DNA from: Acaryochloris marina S15
GTDB taxonomy: Bacteria; Cyanobacteriota; Cyanobacteriia; Thermosynechococcales; Thermosynechococcaceae
DNA: 32,000 nucleotides
Assembly: GCF_018336915.1 (NCBI RefSeq)
Contig: NZ_CP064923.1
Location: forward strand, 1,680,001-1,712,000
Direction: 5' to 3'
Made by a program: the position numbers and the translations under genes. The notes below the pieces were generated by a model. The model was not told the DNA's origin. It ran no database searches and was given only the letters and a program-made list of their open reading frames with translations. Shown here in pieces: positions 15,586-25,154 of this stretch. Each line of letters opens with the position of its first letter. Position 1 is the stretch's first letter.

Positions 15586-18249
15586 TTGGTGCAGTTGAAT
15601 AGAAGTACATCTTGCTCAACTCATGAGCGTTGTATTCACGAGCTAATTGAAGCTCAAGTAGAAAAGCAACCTAATGATGTCGCCTTAGCCGTTAAAGATA
15701 GCCAGCTTAGTTATGCAGAGTTAAATTCCAGAGCCAATCAGATGGCACGCTATCTGCAAAATCTAGGAATTAATCCAGGATTGCCTGTAGGTATTTTTCT
15801 TGATAGATCGCTGGAAGTCATCACCTCTTTTTTAGCTATTTCGAAGATAGGAGGCGTTTTTGTCTTTTTGGATCCAGGCCTTCCTCAGGAACGGATAAAC
15901 TTCATCCTAGAAGAAATGCAGGTATCCTTTCTCATAACGACAAAGAAACTATATAACTTGCTTCCCGAAAATGGAGCAAAGAGTATTTTTGTTGATGCTG
16001 AATTGCAAGAAATTACCCAAGAAAATGGAGAAAACTTAGATTGCAAGATCGCGCCTGAGAGCCTAGCCTATATCCTGTATACCTCTGGTTCAACTGGCAA
16101 ACCTAAGGGTGTACCAATGAATCATTCAAGCGTTTGGCATTACATTCAATCCCTGCAAAAGATTTTTCAAATTCACTCTAGTGATATCTATCTGCACACC
16201 GCATCATTCTCATTCTCATCCTCAATTCGGCAATGGGTTTTGCCTTTAAGCCAAGGGGCAAAAGTTCTAATTGCAGATTCGGAAGAAAGAAAAGACCCTT
16301 TGACTCTCTTCAGATTAATCCGTCAACAAGGATGTACCGTTTTTGATACGTTTCAATCCGCTATTCGTTATGGATTACAAGCATTGAGTGATATTGACGA
16401 AAAATCTAAAAAATCACTCCTGAACTTTGAGTTAAGGTTGATAATATTTTCCGGGGAAGCGCTTCCATGTCAACTATTTAATCAGTTACGAAATGAGCTC
16501 AAAAATAGACCCCGTATTGTTAACCTTTATGGTCAAACAGAAACCATTGGTGTTTGTGCCTATTCTATTCCCCAAGATTTTGAGAAGGAACGAGGATATA
16601 TGCCAGTGGGGCAGCCTCTCTCCCATATTCAGGACATAATACTGGTCGATGACCATCGCCAACCCGTTGCCACTGGAGAGTCAGGTGAATTATATGTTGC
16701 AGGGTCCAGCCTCACGCGCGGCTATCTCAAGCGTAATCAACTCAATGCTGAGAAATTCATATATGAACCATCCTTAAAAACTGAATTAACATCATCTGGA
16801 AAACCCAAAGTTTATTATCAGACTGGGGATATAGCTCGCTACTTACCTGACGGTAGCCTAGAAATCCTAGGCCGTACCGACCATCAGCTAAAAATTCGAG
16901 GGATGCGAGTTGAATTGGAGGAGATCGAGTCAGTTCTTGAGAGTCACCCTACAGTCCAGGAAACGATAGTAGCAGTACAAGAATTTCAACCGGGTGATCA
17001 CCGCTCTGTGGCTTATATAGTCTTACATTCGTCGGCAAATGAGATTAATCAGACTAAATTAAAAGAGGCTCTACGGGATTTTCTCAGCCGCAAGCTACCC
17101 GACTACATGGTTCCGTCTGCCTTTGTTTTCTTAGCAACATTTCCTTTAACACCTAACGGCAAAATTGATCGTCGTGCTCTACCCGCTCCTGGCCAAGTTC
17201 AATCCGAATTATCAGAGCATTCTATGCCTCCTGACAATCCCATTGAGCAAGAACTTGCAGACATATGGAGTCAACTCCTCAACATCACCCCAATTGGTCG
17301 TGACGACAACTTTTTTGCCTTAGGTGGGCATTCTCTCCTAGCGGCAAGACTTGCTTTACAAATTGAGCGAAAACTTGGGAAAAGTCTTCCTTTCACGGTT
17401 TTTTTTCAAGCACCCACGATCCGTGAATTGGCGTTAGCCGTCGTACAAGAACAACCTCAGACAAAATTGCTGTCTTTGATCCCCCTACAGCCCAATGGTA
17501 CTCGCCCTCCCCTATTCTGTGTTCACTTTATCCTTAGGCCCCTAACGACTTTATTGGGAGATGATCAACCTATATATTCGCTTCGTTATGGTTTAGCTAC
17601 ACACCCTTCTGAACAGATCGAACCTCCTCCCCAGCGCGTAGAAGAATTGGCTGCACACTACATTCAGGAAATGCGTCGATTGAAACCAGAGGGGCCTTAC
17701 CATCTCATGGGATCTTCCTTTGGCGGTAAAGTTGCCTTTGAGATGGCCCAACAACTAGTGACTCAAGGTGAAGAAGTTGCATTTCTCGCTGTATTTGACA
17801 CTAATATGTGGGCCAGGCAACCCAAAAAGAGAGCTCGCTCCCCTTCAGCAACCAGACTGTTGACCAGTCACTTCTTTTCTCTAGAGCCATTGCTTCAAGA
17901 TCGTCGGAAAAAAATACAGCAGAGGGTACTCAACCGACTTCAGTTTGAGTTCATTAGTAAGAGGCAGTATTCCCCTCACTTTTTTTGGGGACGAGAGGCT
18001 AAATTATTTGCCCCTTATTCTCCTACATATTACAGAGGCAATATTATTCTCTTTAATGCGTTAGATCATTTTGAAGATTCAAGATGGTTGCCTTCTCAAT
18101 GGCAGACTGTAGCTCAGTCGGTAAAAGTGTTTGATATACCAGGAGATCACAATGGCATTCTTCAAGATCCACATGTCTTTCGTTTAGTGAGATATTTACA
18201 GCTAGAATTGGCAGCATCAGTAGGCCCGAAGCACAACAAATTAGTCTGA
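15586..18249 (+). CDS. Stand-alone NRPS-like enzyme: adenylation - carrier (PCP) - thioesterase
   Basis: Adenylation cores: LSYAELNSRAN, LAYILYTSGSTGKPKGV, NLYGQTET, GELYVAGSSLTRGYL, YQTGDIARY, GRTDHQLKIRGMRVELEEIE, PNGKIDRRAL. Carrier motif FFALGGHSLLAARL. TE motifs GSSFGG, VFDTN, GDHNG. The start is TTG 15586 or GTG 15589, with GTGAGG upstream. No C domain. Confidence 0.9.
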   Translation: MVQLNRSTSCSTHERCIHELIEAQVEKQPNDVALAVKDSQLSYAELNSRANQMARYLQNLGINPGLPVGIFLDRSLEVITSFLAISKIGGVFVFLDPGLPQERINFILEEMQVSFLITTKKLYNLLPENGAKSIFVDAELQEITQENGENLDCKIAPESLAYILYTSGSTGKPKGVPMNHSSVWHYIQSLQKIFQIHSSDIYLHTASFSFSSSIRQWVLPLSQGAKVLIADSEERKDPLTLFRLIRQQGCTVFDTFQSAIRYGLQALSDIDEKSKKSLLNFELRLIIFSGEALPCQLFNQLRNELKNRPRIVNLYGQTETIGVCAYSIPQDFEKERGYMPVGQPLSHIQDIILVDDHRQPVATGESGELYVAGSSLTRGYLKRNQLNAEKFIYEPSLKTELTSSGKPKVYYQTGDIARYLPDGSLEILGRTDHQLKIRGMRVELEEIESVLESHPTVQETIVAVQEFQPGDHRSVAYIVLHSSANEINQTKLKEALRDFLSRKLPDYMVPSAFVFLATFPLTPNGKIDRRALPAPGQVQSELSEHSMPPDNPIEQELADIWSQLLNITPIGRDDNFFALGGHSLLAARLALQIERKLGKSLPFTVFFQAPTIRELALAVVQEQPQTKLLSLIPLQPNGTRPPLFCVHFILRPLTTLLGDDQPIYSLRYGLATHPSEQIEPPPQRVEELAAHYIQEMRRLKPEGPYHLMGSSFGGKVAFEMAQQLVTQGEEVAFLAVFDTNMWARQPKKRARSPSATRLLTSHFFSLEPLLQDRRKKIQQRVLNRLQFEFISKRQYSPHFFWGREAKLFAPYSPTYYRGNIILFNALDHFEDSRWLPSQWQTVAQSVKVFDIPGDHNGILQDPHVFRLVRYLQLELAASVGPKHNKLV

Positions 18250-19584
18250 AAAGGCTGTAAAGATCACTTTCAAGCCATCACGCGGACGGGGAGAAGGGAC
18301 AACTATCAAATCTAAGTCTTGATCAGGCAGCAGTTGCCAGTCATAATTTCGCAATAAATGGGCTGCAAATATTTTCATCTCTAGTCGGGCAAACTCTTTG
18401 CCCAGACACTCCCGAATGCCGCCACCAAAGGGAACATAACCATATCTCTGCTGCTCCGTACTCTGTTGGGCTAAATGTTCAGGGCTAAACCGTTCAGGAT
18501 CGAATTTTTTAGGATTCGAATAGAGAGTTTGATCTTGGTGAGTACTCGCAATAGAACATTGAACGGACCAGCCTTGGGGAATTTGGTATCCACCCATTTC
18601 ACAAGTTTGGAGAACCGTACGAAAGACCCCTCCCACAGGTGGGATGAGTCGCATCACCTCCGTCAATACCTGTTCTAAATAGGTCATTTGTTTCAGGTCT
18701 TCTAAGGTCAGGGCTTGGTTGGAATCCCATTGCTGCTGTTCCTGGCGGAGGTGAGCTGTAATCTCTGGATGCTGGGCTGTTAGAAGACAGAAAGAGGTAA
18801 TGGCTGACGTTAATGTTTCATGCCCAGCAAATAGCATTAGGAGAATTTGATCCTGGAGCTCAGCCTGTCTCAGGCCTTGCCCCTGCTCATCCCGGGCTTG
18901 AAGCAGCAATCCTAATGTGTCATTGCCAGGATCTGCTATTGACTGACGAGCTTGGATTGTCTGTGCCAACTCTTGTAATAGCAAGTCACGACAGCGTTGG
19001 GCTTTCCCAAATCTTGTCCAGGGTAACGAAATAGGCAAAGAGAATAACCCTCCACACCAAGTTTCAAAGTGTTTCCCTAATGAAGTTTGAGACCCATTAT
19101 CTTGCCCTATAAATAACTTACAGGCCACATCTAATGTGAAGCTACGCAGTTCCGGATACCAGGTTAGCGTTTCCGCTTGCTGCCATTTCTGTGTATATTG
19201 CTTGGCAATATCACCCATGGTCTCAACATAGGTAGACAAGGTTCGAGGCTTAAACGCTTGGGCTAACAGTTTACGACGGTCGCGATGTAGACCTCCTGTT
19301 TGCAGTGCTAAGGACAACGGACCGAGTAACGCTTTTGTCGAAGCTGGCCAACTATTTTCAAAAATTTTGCTCTCGTTTCCCAGCACAACCTGATTCGCTT
19401 CTACCCCATGAATCATCACAGTTGGGCGTCCCAACACATGGGTTTTGAATATAGCGCCGTGAAGCTGCCGTCGTTTCGCTGCGAAATCAGGATCTTGAAA
19501 AAATTGCAACGACTCGCCAATTACAGGTAAGCCAAAACTGCCAGGGGGGAGCGGAAGAGAGTTGGGTATATTAGAAACTGCCAT
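18241..19584 (-). CDS. Cytochrome P450, CYP120-like
   Basis: The heme-binding loop is PFGGGIRECLGKEFARLEMK, and the I-helix is LFAGHETLTSA. The N-terminus MAVSNIPNSLPLPPGSFGLPVIGE parallels my recollection of Synechocystis CYP120A1. The ATG at 19584 is preferred over the GTG at 19629. Confidence 0.9.
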   Translation of the reverse strand: MAVSNIPNSLPLPPGSFGLPVIGESLQFFQDPDFAAKRRQLHGAIFKTHVLGRPTVMIHGVEANQVVLGNESKIFENSWPASTKALLGPLSLALQTGGLHRDRRKLLAQAFKPRTLSTYVETMGDIAKQYTQKWQQAETLTWYPELRSFTLDVACKLFIGQDNGSQTSLGKHFETWCGGLFSLPISLPWTRFGKAQRCRDLLLQELAQTIQARQSIADPGNDTLGLLLQARDEQGQGLRQAELQDQILLMLFAGHETLTSAITSFCLLTAQHPEITAHLRQEQQQWDSNQALTLEDLKQMTYLEQVLTEVMRLIPPVGGVFRTVLQTCEMGGYQIPQGWSVQCSIASTHQDQTLYSNPKKFDPERFSPEHLAQQSTEQQRYGYVPFGGGIRECLGKEFARLEMKIFAAHLLRNYDWQLLPDQDLDLIVVPSPRPRDGLKVIFTAFSD

Positions 19585-19908
19585 AGGGTTAGATGCAATT
19601 AGAACAATGAGGAAAGAAGTGATCAACACACGTAACGAATGTTCAACACTATGATCTACCGTATATTTAGTAGCCTTACTCTTGCATAAAGGATAGATTT
19701 GCTGAAAAGATATCTACACTGCCCAAAGTGAATATCTTTGCCAGGGAGAGAAATGTCTCAAAGACAAGGTTTCTGGTTATACAAAAACGATAATGTTGAA
19801 CCTCATCAATCAGCAAACAAGTGAGCATATCTCGGTTTAGCTAAATAGCTGACTGCAATTGCGGGCATCCTAAGCAATAGTGTTGTTATCCATGTTGCCC
19901 TCTTATTT

Positions 19909-22644
19909 GTGAGTATTTCTGAGCCCCTATCGATTTTAGAAAATCCTGATGTGTCCATCGCATTAGGGAAGCTAATTATTGCGCTCTCACTAACAACATC
20001 AGAAACGGAAGTTTACGCGACAGTCGCATCCTATTTGCCCGAGCTTCTCCCTGCTGTTCGAAGCAGCATTGCTTTACTGGCTGATGAGGGTAAAAACTTA
20101 GAAATATTTGCGCTCAATGGCACGGAAGGAGTAATCCCCTTAGGCAAAAAAGTACCTTGCGAAGGGACGGGGTTTGGTTTAGCTGTCCGCACCCGTCAAC
20201 CCCAATTTCATTGGGCTAATCCTCAAAGCCCACTTTTAGACATTGCTCAATTATCACAAAACGGAATCGCTTCTTTTGCCTGTGTCCCTCTGATCGTTCA
20301 TGATCAAGCGATCGGCACGATTGGTGCAGCCTTCTCAGATCCAACTTTAACGAGTGACCAGATTCTAAATCTATTCACTCAGATCTCTTCTTTAATTTCT
20401 ACCCATTTAGAGCGGCAAATGCTGCTGAAGCAAACTCAAGTAGCGATGGAAGGGTATCGGTCTCAAGCTGAGCAGCTGCAAGTTCTAAATGAGATTGCCC
20501 GCAAGCTATCTGCAGCCATTTCTGATGAGGAAGTCTTTGATGCGATCGCAAAGGCAATCAAGCAAATTATCCCCGTTGAACGCGTCAGCTATGCCATTCC
20601 AACCCCAGAATTAAAGGGATTTCGAATTTTTCGATTTACTGGAGATGCTTATTTACCCACGGATATGGTGTTGCCCAAAGAGAAATCAGGCTTGGGGTTT
20701 ATTTATGATCTGGGCCAACCCTATTTCTTTGCTGAGTTGAGTCAAAGCGATTTTAGCGAACATGCCATGCTCATGGAGGCAGGATTGCGCTGTGGTTGGA
20801 GTGTGCCCGTCAACGTCGTTGGTGAGATTACGGGTATTCTTAACGCGGCCTCTTCCAAACAGATCAAAGATGGCAATCAATTATTGTCAATCTTAACGAC
20901 CTTGGCAGAATTAATGGGCTCAACCTTTGAGCGCATTCGCTTACAAGATCAAGCCGCCACCGTTCTTCGAGATAGTGAAGAGCAAGTGCGTACCTTTATC
21001 GATGGTAGTCCCCTATTGCTGCTGGCCCTTGATGCCAAAGGCATGATCCACCATGTCAGCCATTTTGGGGCCAGTCAACTGGGATATTTAGTAGATCATC
21101 TGATCGGTTCCCCGTTTAGTAGCCTCCACCCGGATGACCAGGCTGAACAGATTCAGGCCTACTTACAAACCTTATCCAACCTAGATATTGGCGAGATTCA
21201 TAGTCGAGAAGCTCAAATGCTGCAAGGGGATGGCACCTTTATTTGGGCTCGTCAAAATGCCCATAGGGTTCATGATCATCAAGGAATTCCCCAACTTTTG
21301 CTGGCCTGTGAAGATATTTCTAAGGTGCGTTCCCTCACGGATCAGCTTCACTTTATGGCCCATCATGATGCCTTGACCACTCTCCCCAATCACACCTTAT
21401 TTCGCCATACTCTAGAAGCCTTAATTGCCAAAACGGCGGATCAACCCACGCCATTTGCCATGCTTTTCATCGATCTAGATGGATTTAAAAAGGTAAATGA
21501 CAGCTTGAGTCATGCAATTGGGAATGAACTACTCTGTCAGGTGGCTCAACGGCTCCAGGCGGTTGTGACCTCATTAGATACAGTGGCTCGTCTCGGAGGA
21601 GATGAATTTGTCGTTTTACTTCCTCAGGCCGTATCACCCGATGAGGCTGCCAAAACGGCTCAAGCCATTCTCACGCAATTACGAACCCCTTTTCAAGTTC
21701 AAAACCACGACATCTTTATTGGTGCCAGTATTGGCATTAGCCTCTATCCCGATCAAGGAAAAACCTCCAGTGAGTTGATGAAGCAGGCTGATCTGGCCAT
21801 GTACCGAGCAAAAGCTCAAGGGCGCAATAATTATCAGTTCTACAGTGCTCAGCTGTCTGCAACCTTGCAGCGCAAGCTAGCCATTGAGCGTGCTTTGAGG
21901 ACCGCAATTGAGAATGATGAACTGCACCTAGTCTTTCAACCCCAGGTTGGACCTGCTGGGCAAATTTTGGGTTTAGAAGCGTTAGTTAGGTGGCATCATC
22001 CTACTTTGGGCATTGTTCCTCCCTCGACCTTTATTCCCATAGCCGAAGAAAGTCATCTCATTGCTGCATTGACCGATTGGGTCCTGAAACATAGTCTAGC
22101 CACCCTGGTTCCCCTTCGCAGTGCCTACCCTCATCTGTATGTTGCGGTTAATATCTCTGCCCAAGAATTTTTAGCGCCTTGTACGTTAGTCAATCGAGTG
22201 AGGAGGGTCTTAGCGGCTCACAAACTACCCGGCTCAGCTTTAGAACTAGAAATTACGGAAAGTGTGTTTCTACATCCGGGAGAAGGTCCGAGTCAATTGC
22301 TGACCGCTCTAAAAAATGAGGGGGTTCGAATTGCCATCGATGATTTTGGAACCGGTTTTTCATCCTTGGCTTATTTATTGAATTTGCCCTTCGATACTCT
22401 CAAGATTGATCGCACTTTTGTGAACGATATCGACATTGATTCTACGAAGGAAGGGATCATGAAAGGCATTCTAACGATTGCCAACAGTTTAAGGGTAACC
22501 TGTGTTGCTGAAGGGATTGAGTCTCTATCTCAGTTGAAGTGTCTGCAAAAATTAGGATGCTCTCACTATCAAGGATATTACTTTCAAGCTGCTACTGCTA
22601 TCGATCAGCTTCGGCCTTTGATGGATAAAAAATTTCGAGTCTAA
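19909..22644 (+). CDS. GAF-GAF-PAS-GGDEF-EAL c-di-GMP signalling protein
   Basis: There are two GAF-like N-terminal modules and a PAS region. An intact RLGGDEFVVLL motif marks the GGDEF domain. The EAL domain shows LEALVRW and IAIDDFGTGFSSLAYL. GTG start. Confidence 0.9.
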   Translation: MSISEPLSILENPDVSIALGKLIIALSLTTSETEVYATVASYLPELLPAVRSSIALLADEGKNLEIFALNGTEGVIPLGKKVPCEGTGFGLAVRTRQPQFHWANPQSPLLDIAQLSQNGIASFACVPLIVHDQAIGTIGAAFSDPTLTSDQILNLFTQISSLISTHLERQMLLKQTQVAMEGYRSQAEQLQVLNEIARKLSAAISDEEVFDAIAKAIKQIIPVERVSYAIPTPELKGFRIFRFTGDAYLPTDMVLPKEKSGLGFIYDLGQPYFFAELSQSDFSEHAMLMEAGLRCGWSVPVNVVGEITGILNAASSKQIKDGNQLLSILTTLAELMGSTFERIRLQDQAATVLRDSEEQVRTFIDGSPLLLLALDAKGMIHHVSHFGASQLGYLVDHLIGSPFSSLHPDDQAEQIQAYLQTLSNLDIGEIHSREAQMLQGDGTFIWARQNAHRVHDHQGIPQLLLACEDISKVRSLTDQLHFMAHHDALTTLPNHTLFRHTLEALIAKTADQPTPFAMLFIDLDGFKKVNDSLSHAIGNELLCQVAQRLQAVVTSLDTVARLGGDEFVVLLPQAVSPDEAAKTAQAILTQLRTPFQVQNHDIFIGASIGISLYPDQGKTSSELMKQADLAMYRAKAQGRNNYQFYSAQLSATLQRKLAIERALRTAIENDELHLVFQPQVGPAGQILGLEALVRWHHPTLGIVPPSTFIPIAEESHLIAALTDWVLKHSLATLVPLRSAYPHLYVAVNISAQEFLAPCTLVNRVRRVLAAHKLPGSALELEITESVFLHPGEGPSQLLTALKNEGVRIAIDDFGTGFSSLAYLLNLPFDTLKIDRTFVNDIDIDSTKEGIMKGILTIANSLRVTCVAEGIESLSQLKCLQKLGCSHYQGYYFQAATAIDQLRPLMDKKFRV

Positions 22645-22775
22645 TACTGAGGCAATCCTAAATTTATTCCCAAAGTTTCATAAACTAATCAAGTTTATGG
22701 AAAATCGGGATGTACAAATAAATGATACTCGTTTAAATCCGTTCCATAATTCGTTGGCTTAGTAATCAGCAATAC

Positions 22776-23132
22776 ATGACTATTCAAGTCTATGGCATCC
22801 CCACTTGCGGCACTTGCAAGAAAGCGTTGAAATGGCTGCAAGAGAATCATCTAGATTTTGAGTTCATCAATACGAAGAAAGAACCTCCCAGTATTCAACA
22901 GATTTCTGCTTGGGTCGATACGTTTGGCTCTAAGCCCATGCGGAACACGTCGGGTGGAGCTTATCGAGCTTTAGGCGAACAGAAGAAAACTTGGAGCGAA
23001 GACCAATGGATTGCTGCATTTGCTGAAGATGCCATGCTGCTCAAGCGCCCCTTGATCCTTAAAGATGGTGCCCCTGTCTTAGTCGGGTTTCGGGCTTCCG
23101 ATGAAGTTCTCCAGGAGCGCTTGAGTCTCTGA
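22776..23132 (+). CDS. ArsC/Spx-family protein (YffB-like)
   Basis: 118 aa. The N-terminus is MTIQVYGIPTCGTCKKALKWL and the C-terminal part reads LLKRPLILKDG, typical of the ArsC family. Confidence 0.85.
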   Translation: MTIQVYGIPTCGTCKKALKWLQENHLDFEFINTKKEPPSIQQISAWVDTFGSKPMRNTSGGAYRALGEQKKTWSEDQWIAAFAEDAMLLKRPLILKDGAPVLVGFRASDEVLQERLSL

Positions 23133-23140
23133 ATTTAGGG

Positions 23141-23162
23141 GGGTGTCAAGAGGGTGTCAAGA
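23141..23162. repeat. Perfect 11-bp tandem duplication GGGTGTCAAGA x2 at the 3' end of the DUF350 gene
   Basis: Direct reading of gggtgtcaaga gggtgtcaaga. The second copy encodes ...LTP, and the first supplies Ser plus the TGA stop. Confidence 0.85.
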
Positions 23163-23358
23163 TGACGGCAATGACGATGGCTGCGAGGGAAACCACGATG
23201 GCAGCCTGCAAGATGCCAGATGCTAAATTTCCTTTGCGAATTTCGGCGCGGTGATCAATCGGGTCCAAAATGTCATAGAGCCTTAGACCGACATAGAACA
23301 GTACGACACTTAAAAAGGTCCAACCAATGGATTCGAGGACTCGAATAAGAAGAGGCAT
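23146..23358 (-). CDS. Small membrane protein, DUF350-like
   Basis: 70 aa with two hydrophobic helices. The motif YDILDPIDHRAEIRKGNLASGI recalls DUF350. Confidence 0.6.
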   Translation of the reverse strand: MPLLIRVLESIGWTFLSVVLFYVGLRLYDILDPIDHRAEIRKGNLASGILQAAIVVSLAAIVIAVILTPS

Positions 23359-23514
23359 GCGTACACAATTAACTTAGATCATCCCTATCAAATCATGCTG
23401 GCTGGGACCAGACAACCTCTCTTAGATATGAATATTAGGGAGATGGGCTAGAATCCCACTTTTCGTTTTTTGGGGAAATTAAAGTCAACCCTCCGGCCCT
23501 TTACTCTGGAGGAG

Positions 23515-24978
23515 TTAACGAGAGGATCTGGTGCTGGATGAATGGGAACGGCAGCGATCGCAATGGCCGCATCGAAAGTGATCCGCCTCTGTGTGAAAAC
23601 CAAACTGCTGCAAAATGAATTGCCAACGGCATTGGTGGGTATAGAGGTAATCTGCAATATCTAGCTGAGTGGGAATGGGTGGAGGTTTAAACCCTTGAGG
23701 AGAAAGAATCCGAAAGTGAAATGGATCCTCCCATACTAGATTTCCGGATTGATGAAGGAGTGCTAGGACGAGGTCTGCTTCTGGGAAGGTTTTTTTGACG
23801 GTGTCAACATGACCTTGCTGGGGAAGATTATGAAACAGGCGTTGAGCAGATTCTTGTTGCCCCCGCAATTGTTTGAGAAAATATTGTCGCATTTGCCGAT
23901 CCTGAGGATCTAGCCAACCGGTGGGTTCACTGGCTAGAAGTAGGGTTTGCGATCGCAAGTTGTCTCGTCCAGCCCGACCAATCTCTTGCAAATAAGCACT
24001 CAAACTCAAGGGTGGTTGATAGTGGGCGATCCATCGCACGTCTGGCTTATCAATCCCCATGCCAAAAGCACTCGTACAAATCACAAAGGGCAGCTCCCCC
24101 CGAAGCCACTGAGCTTCGAGGCGGCGGCGTTCAGCAGCACTGAGGCCAGCATGGTAGGCCACGGTGGGCTGATGATGTTGACACAACCAGGTTGCCAAGA
24201 ACTCACACAATCGTCGGCTAGACGTATACACCAGTCCTGATGACTGGGCCTGACGGCCAATAAATTTCAAAAGCTGTTGTCGACGGCAGGCGGTTGTCCA
24301 GGCCACCTCAACCGTCAAATCTAAATTGTGCCGATAGGGACTGCAGCTCAAGACCTGAGGCTGATGCAGTTGAAGCACAGTCTGAATTGCGGCTTGCGTT
24401 GCGGGTTTAGCAGTCGCCGTATAGGCTGCCACGGTAATGGGTGAGGCAGCGTTCGTTGGCAAAAGAGCCTCCCGAATTGCGCCCAAGCGACGATAGACTG
24501 GGCGAAAACTGCTCCCCCATTGCTCAATGCAGTGGGCTTCATCCACGATTAAGCATTGAATCTGCAAGTGAGGATCACATAACCGCTGCCAAATCGGTGG
24601 GCTCAACAACGATTCGGGAGATAGATATAATAGGCGTAATTGCTGCTGTTCTATTTGTCGCAATGTCTGCCGTCGCTTCTGAGAAGAGAGTTGGCTGTGG
24701 ATCATCCCAGCCGGTAGCTCCTTTGCCTGGAGTGCTTGCACCTGATTTTCCATCAGGGCAATCAAAGGGGAGATCACAATCGTGAGGCCAGGCTGTAATA
24801 GGGCTGGCAGTTGAAAGCAGACTGATTTACCAGAGCCAGTTGGCAGCATCACCAAAGCATCTTGGTGTCTCAGTAAGCAGGTGACGGCCTCTCCTTGTAA
24901 AGGGCGAAACTGATTGTATCCCCAGAACTTCTGTAGTCCAGCAGCCGCTCTATTCCAAGCTAGAGAATGGTCAAGCAT
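23515..24978 (-). CDS. recQ: RecQ-family ATP-dependent DNA helicase (short form)
   Basis: Motif 0/I reads FRPLQGEAV ... LPTGSGKS. The DEAH box is LIVDEAHCIEQWG. ARG-finger context IGRAGRD. The C-terminal Cys cluster is CGHCDRC. Confidence 0.9.
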   Translation of the reverse strand: MLDHSLAWNRAAAGLQKFWGYNQFRPLQGEAVTCLLRHQDALVMLPTGSGKSVCFQLPALLQPGLTIVISPLIALMENQVQALQAKELPAGMIHSQLSSQKRRQTLRQIEQQQLRLLYLSPESLLSPPIWQRLCDPHLQIQCLIVDEAHCIEQWGSSFRPVYRRLGAIREALLPTNAASPITVAAYTATAKPATQAAIQTVLQLHQPQVLSCSPYRHNLDLTVEVAWTTACRRQQLLKFIGRQAQSSGLVYTSSRRLCEFLATWLCQHHQPTVAYHAGLSAAERRRLEAQWLRGELPFVICTSAFGMGIDKPDVRWIAHYQPPLSLSAYLQEIGRAGRDNLRSQTLLLASEPTGWLDPQDRQMRQYFLKQLRGQQESAQRLFHNLPQQGHVDTVKKTFPEADLVLALLHQSGNLVWEDPFHFRILSPQGFKPPPIPTQLDIADYLYTHQCRWQFILQQFGFHTEADHFRCGHCDRCRSHSSSTRSSR

Positions 24979-25154
24979 CGCCTTCAGGAAACATTCTTAG
25001 AAGTAACAAAGTCCAAGAAGCTAATGTCATTCCGAATGAAAGCCTGATTAACCGGATCTAAATCTATCTCAAGGGCCACTCTTTCATTCCCCACCTGAAC
25101 CATTCTGTTCCCTCAAGTCACTGCTATCCCATAGTCCTTTAGTCACCGTTCGAT

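Noticed and set aside
18241-19584. The P450 as a tailoring enzyme forming a gene cluster with the NRPS-like gene
   Set aside because: The two genes are convergent and so not co-transcribed. The P450 has normal GC, unlike the NRPS-like gene. It also looks like the widely conserved CYP120 type found in cyanobacteria without NRPS neighbours.
19585-19629. GTG start giving the P450 a hydrophobic N-terminal LITSFLIVLIASNP segment, like a eukaryote-style membrane anchor
   Set aside because: The ATG at 19584 gives an N-terminus (MAVSNIPNSLPLPPGSFGLP) of the same length and pattern as my recollection of CYP120A1. The extension is only 15 codons and is unsupported.
22675-22715. Imperfect hairpin GTTTCATAAAC ... 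GTTTATGGAAA after the GGDEF-EAL gene, considered as a terminator
   Set aside because: The stem is AT-rich and bulged and has no following T-tract, so the support is too weak to annotate.
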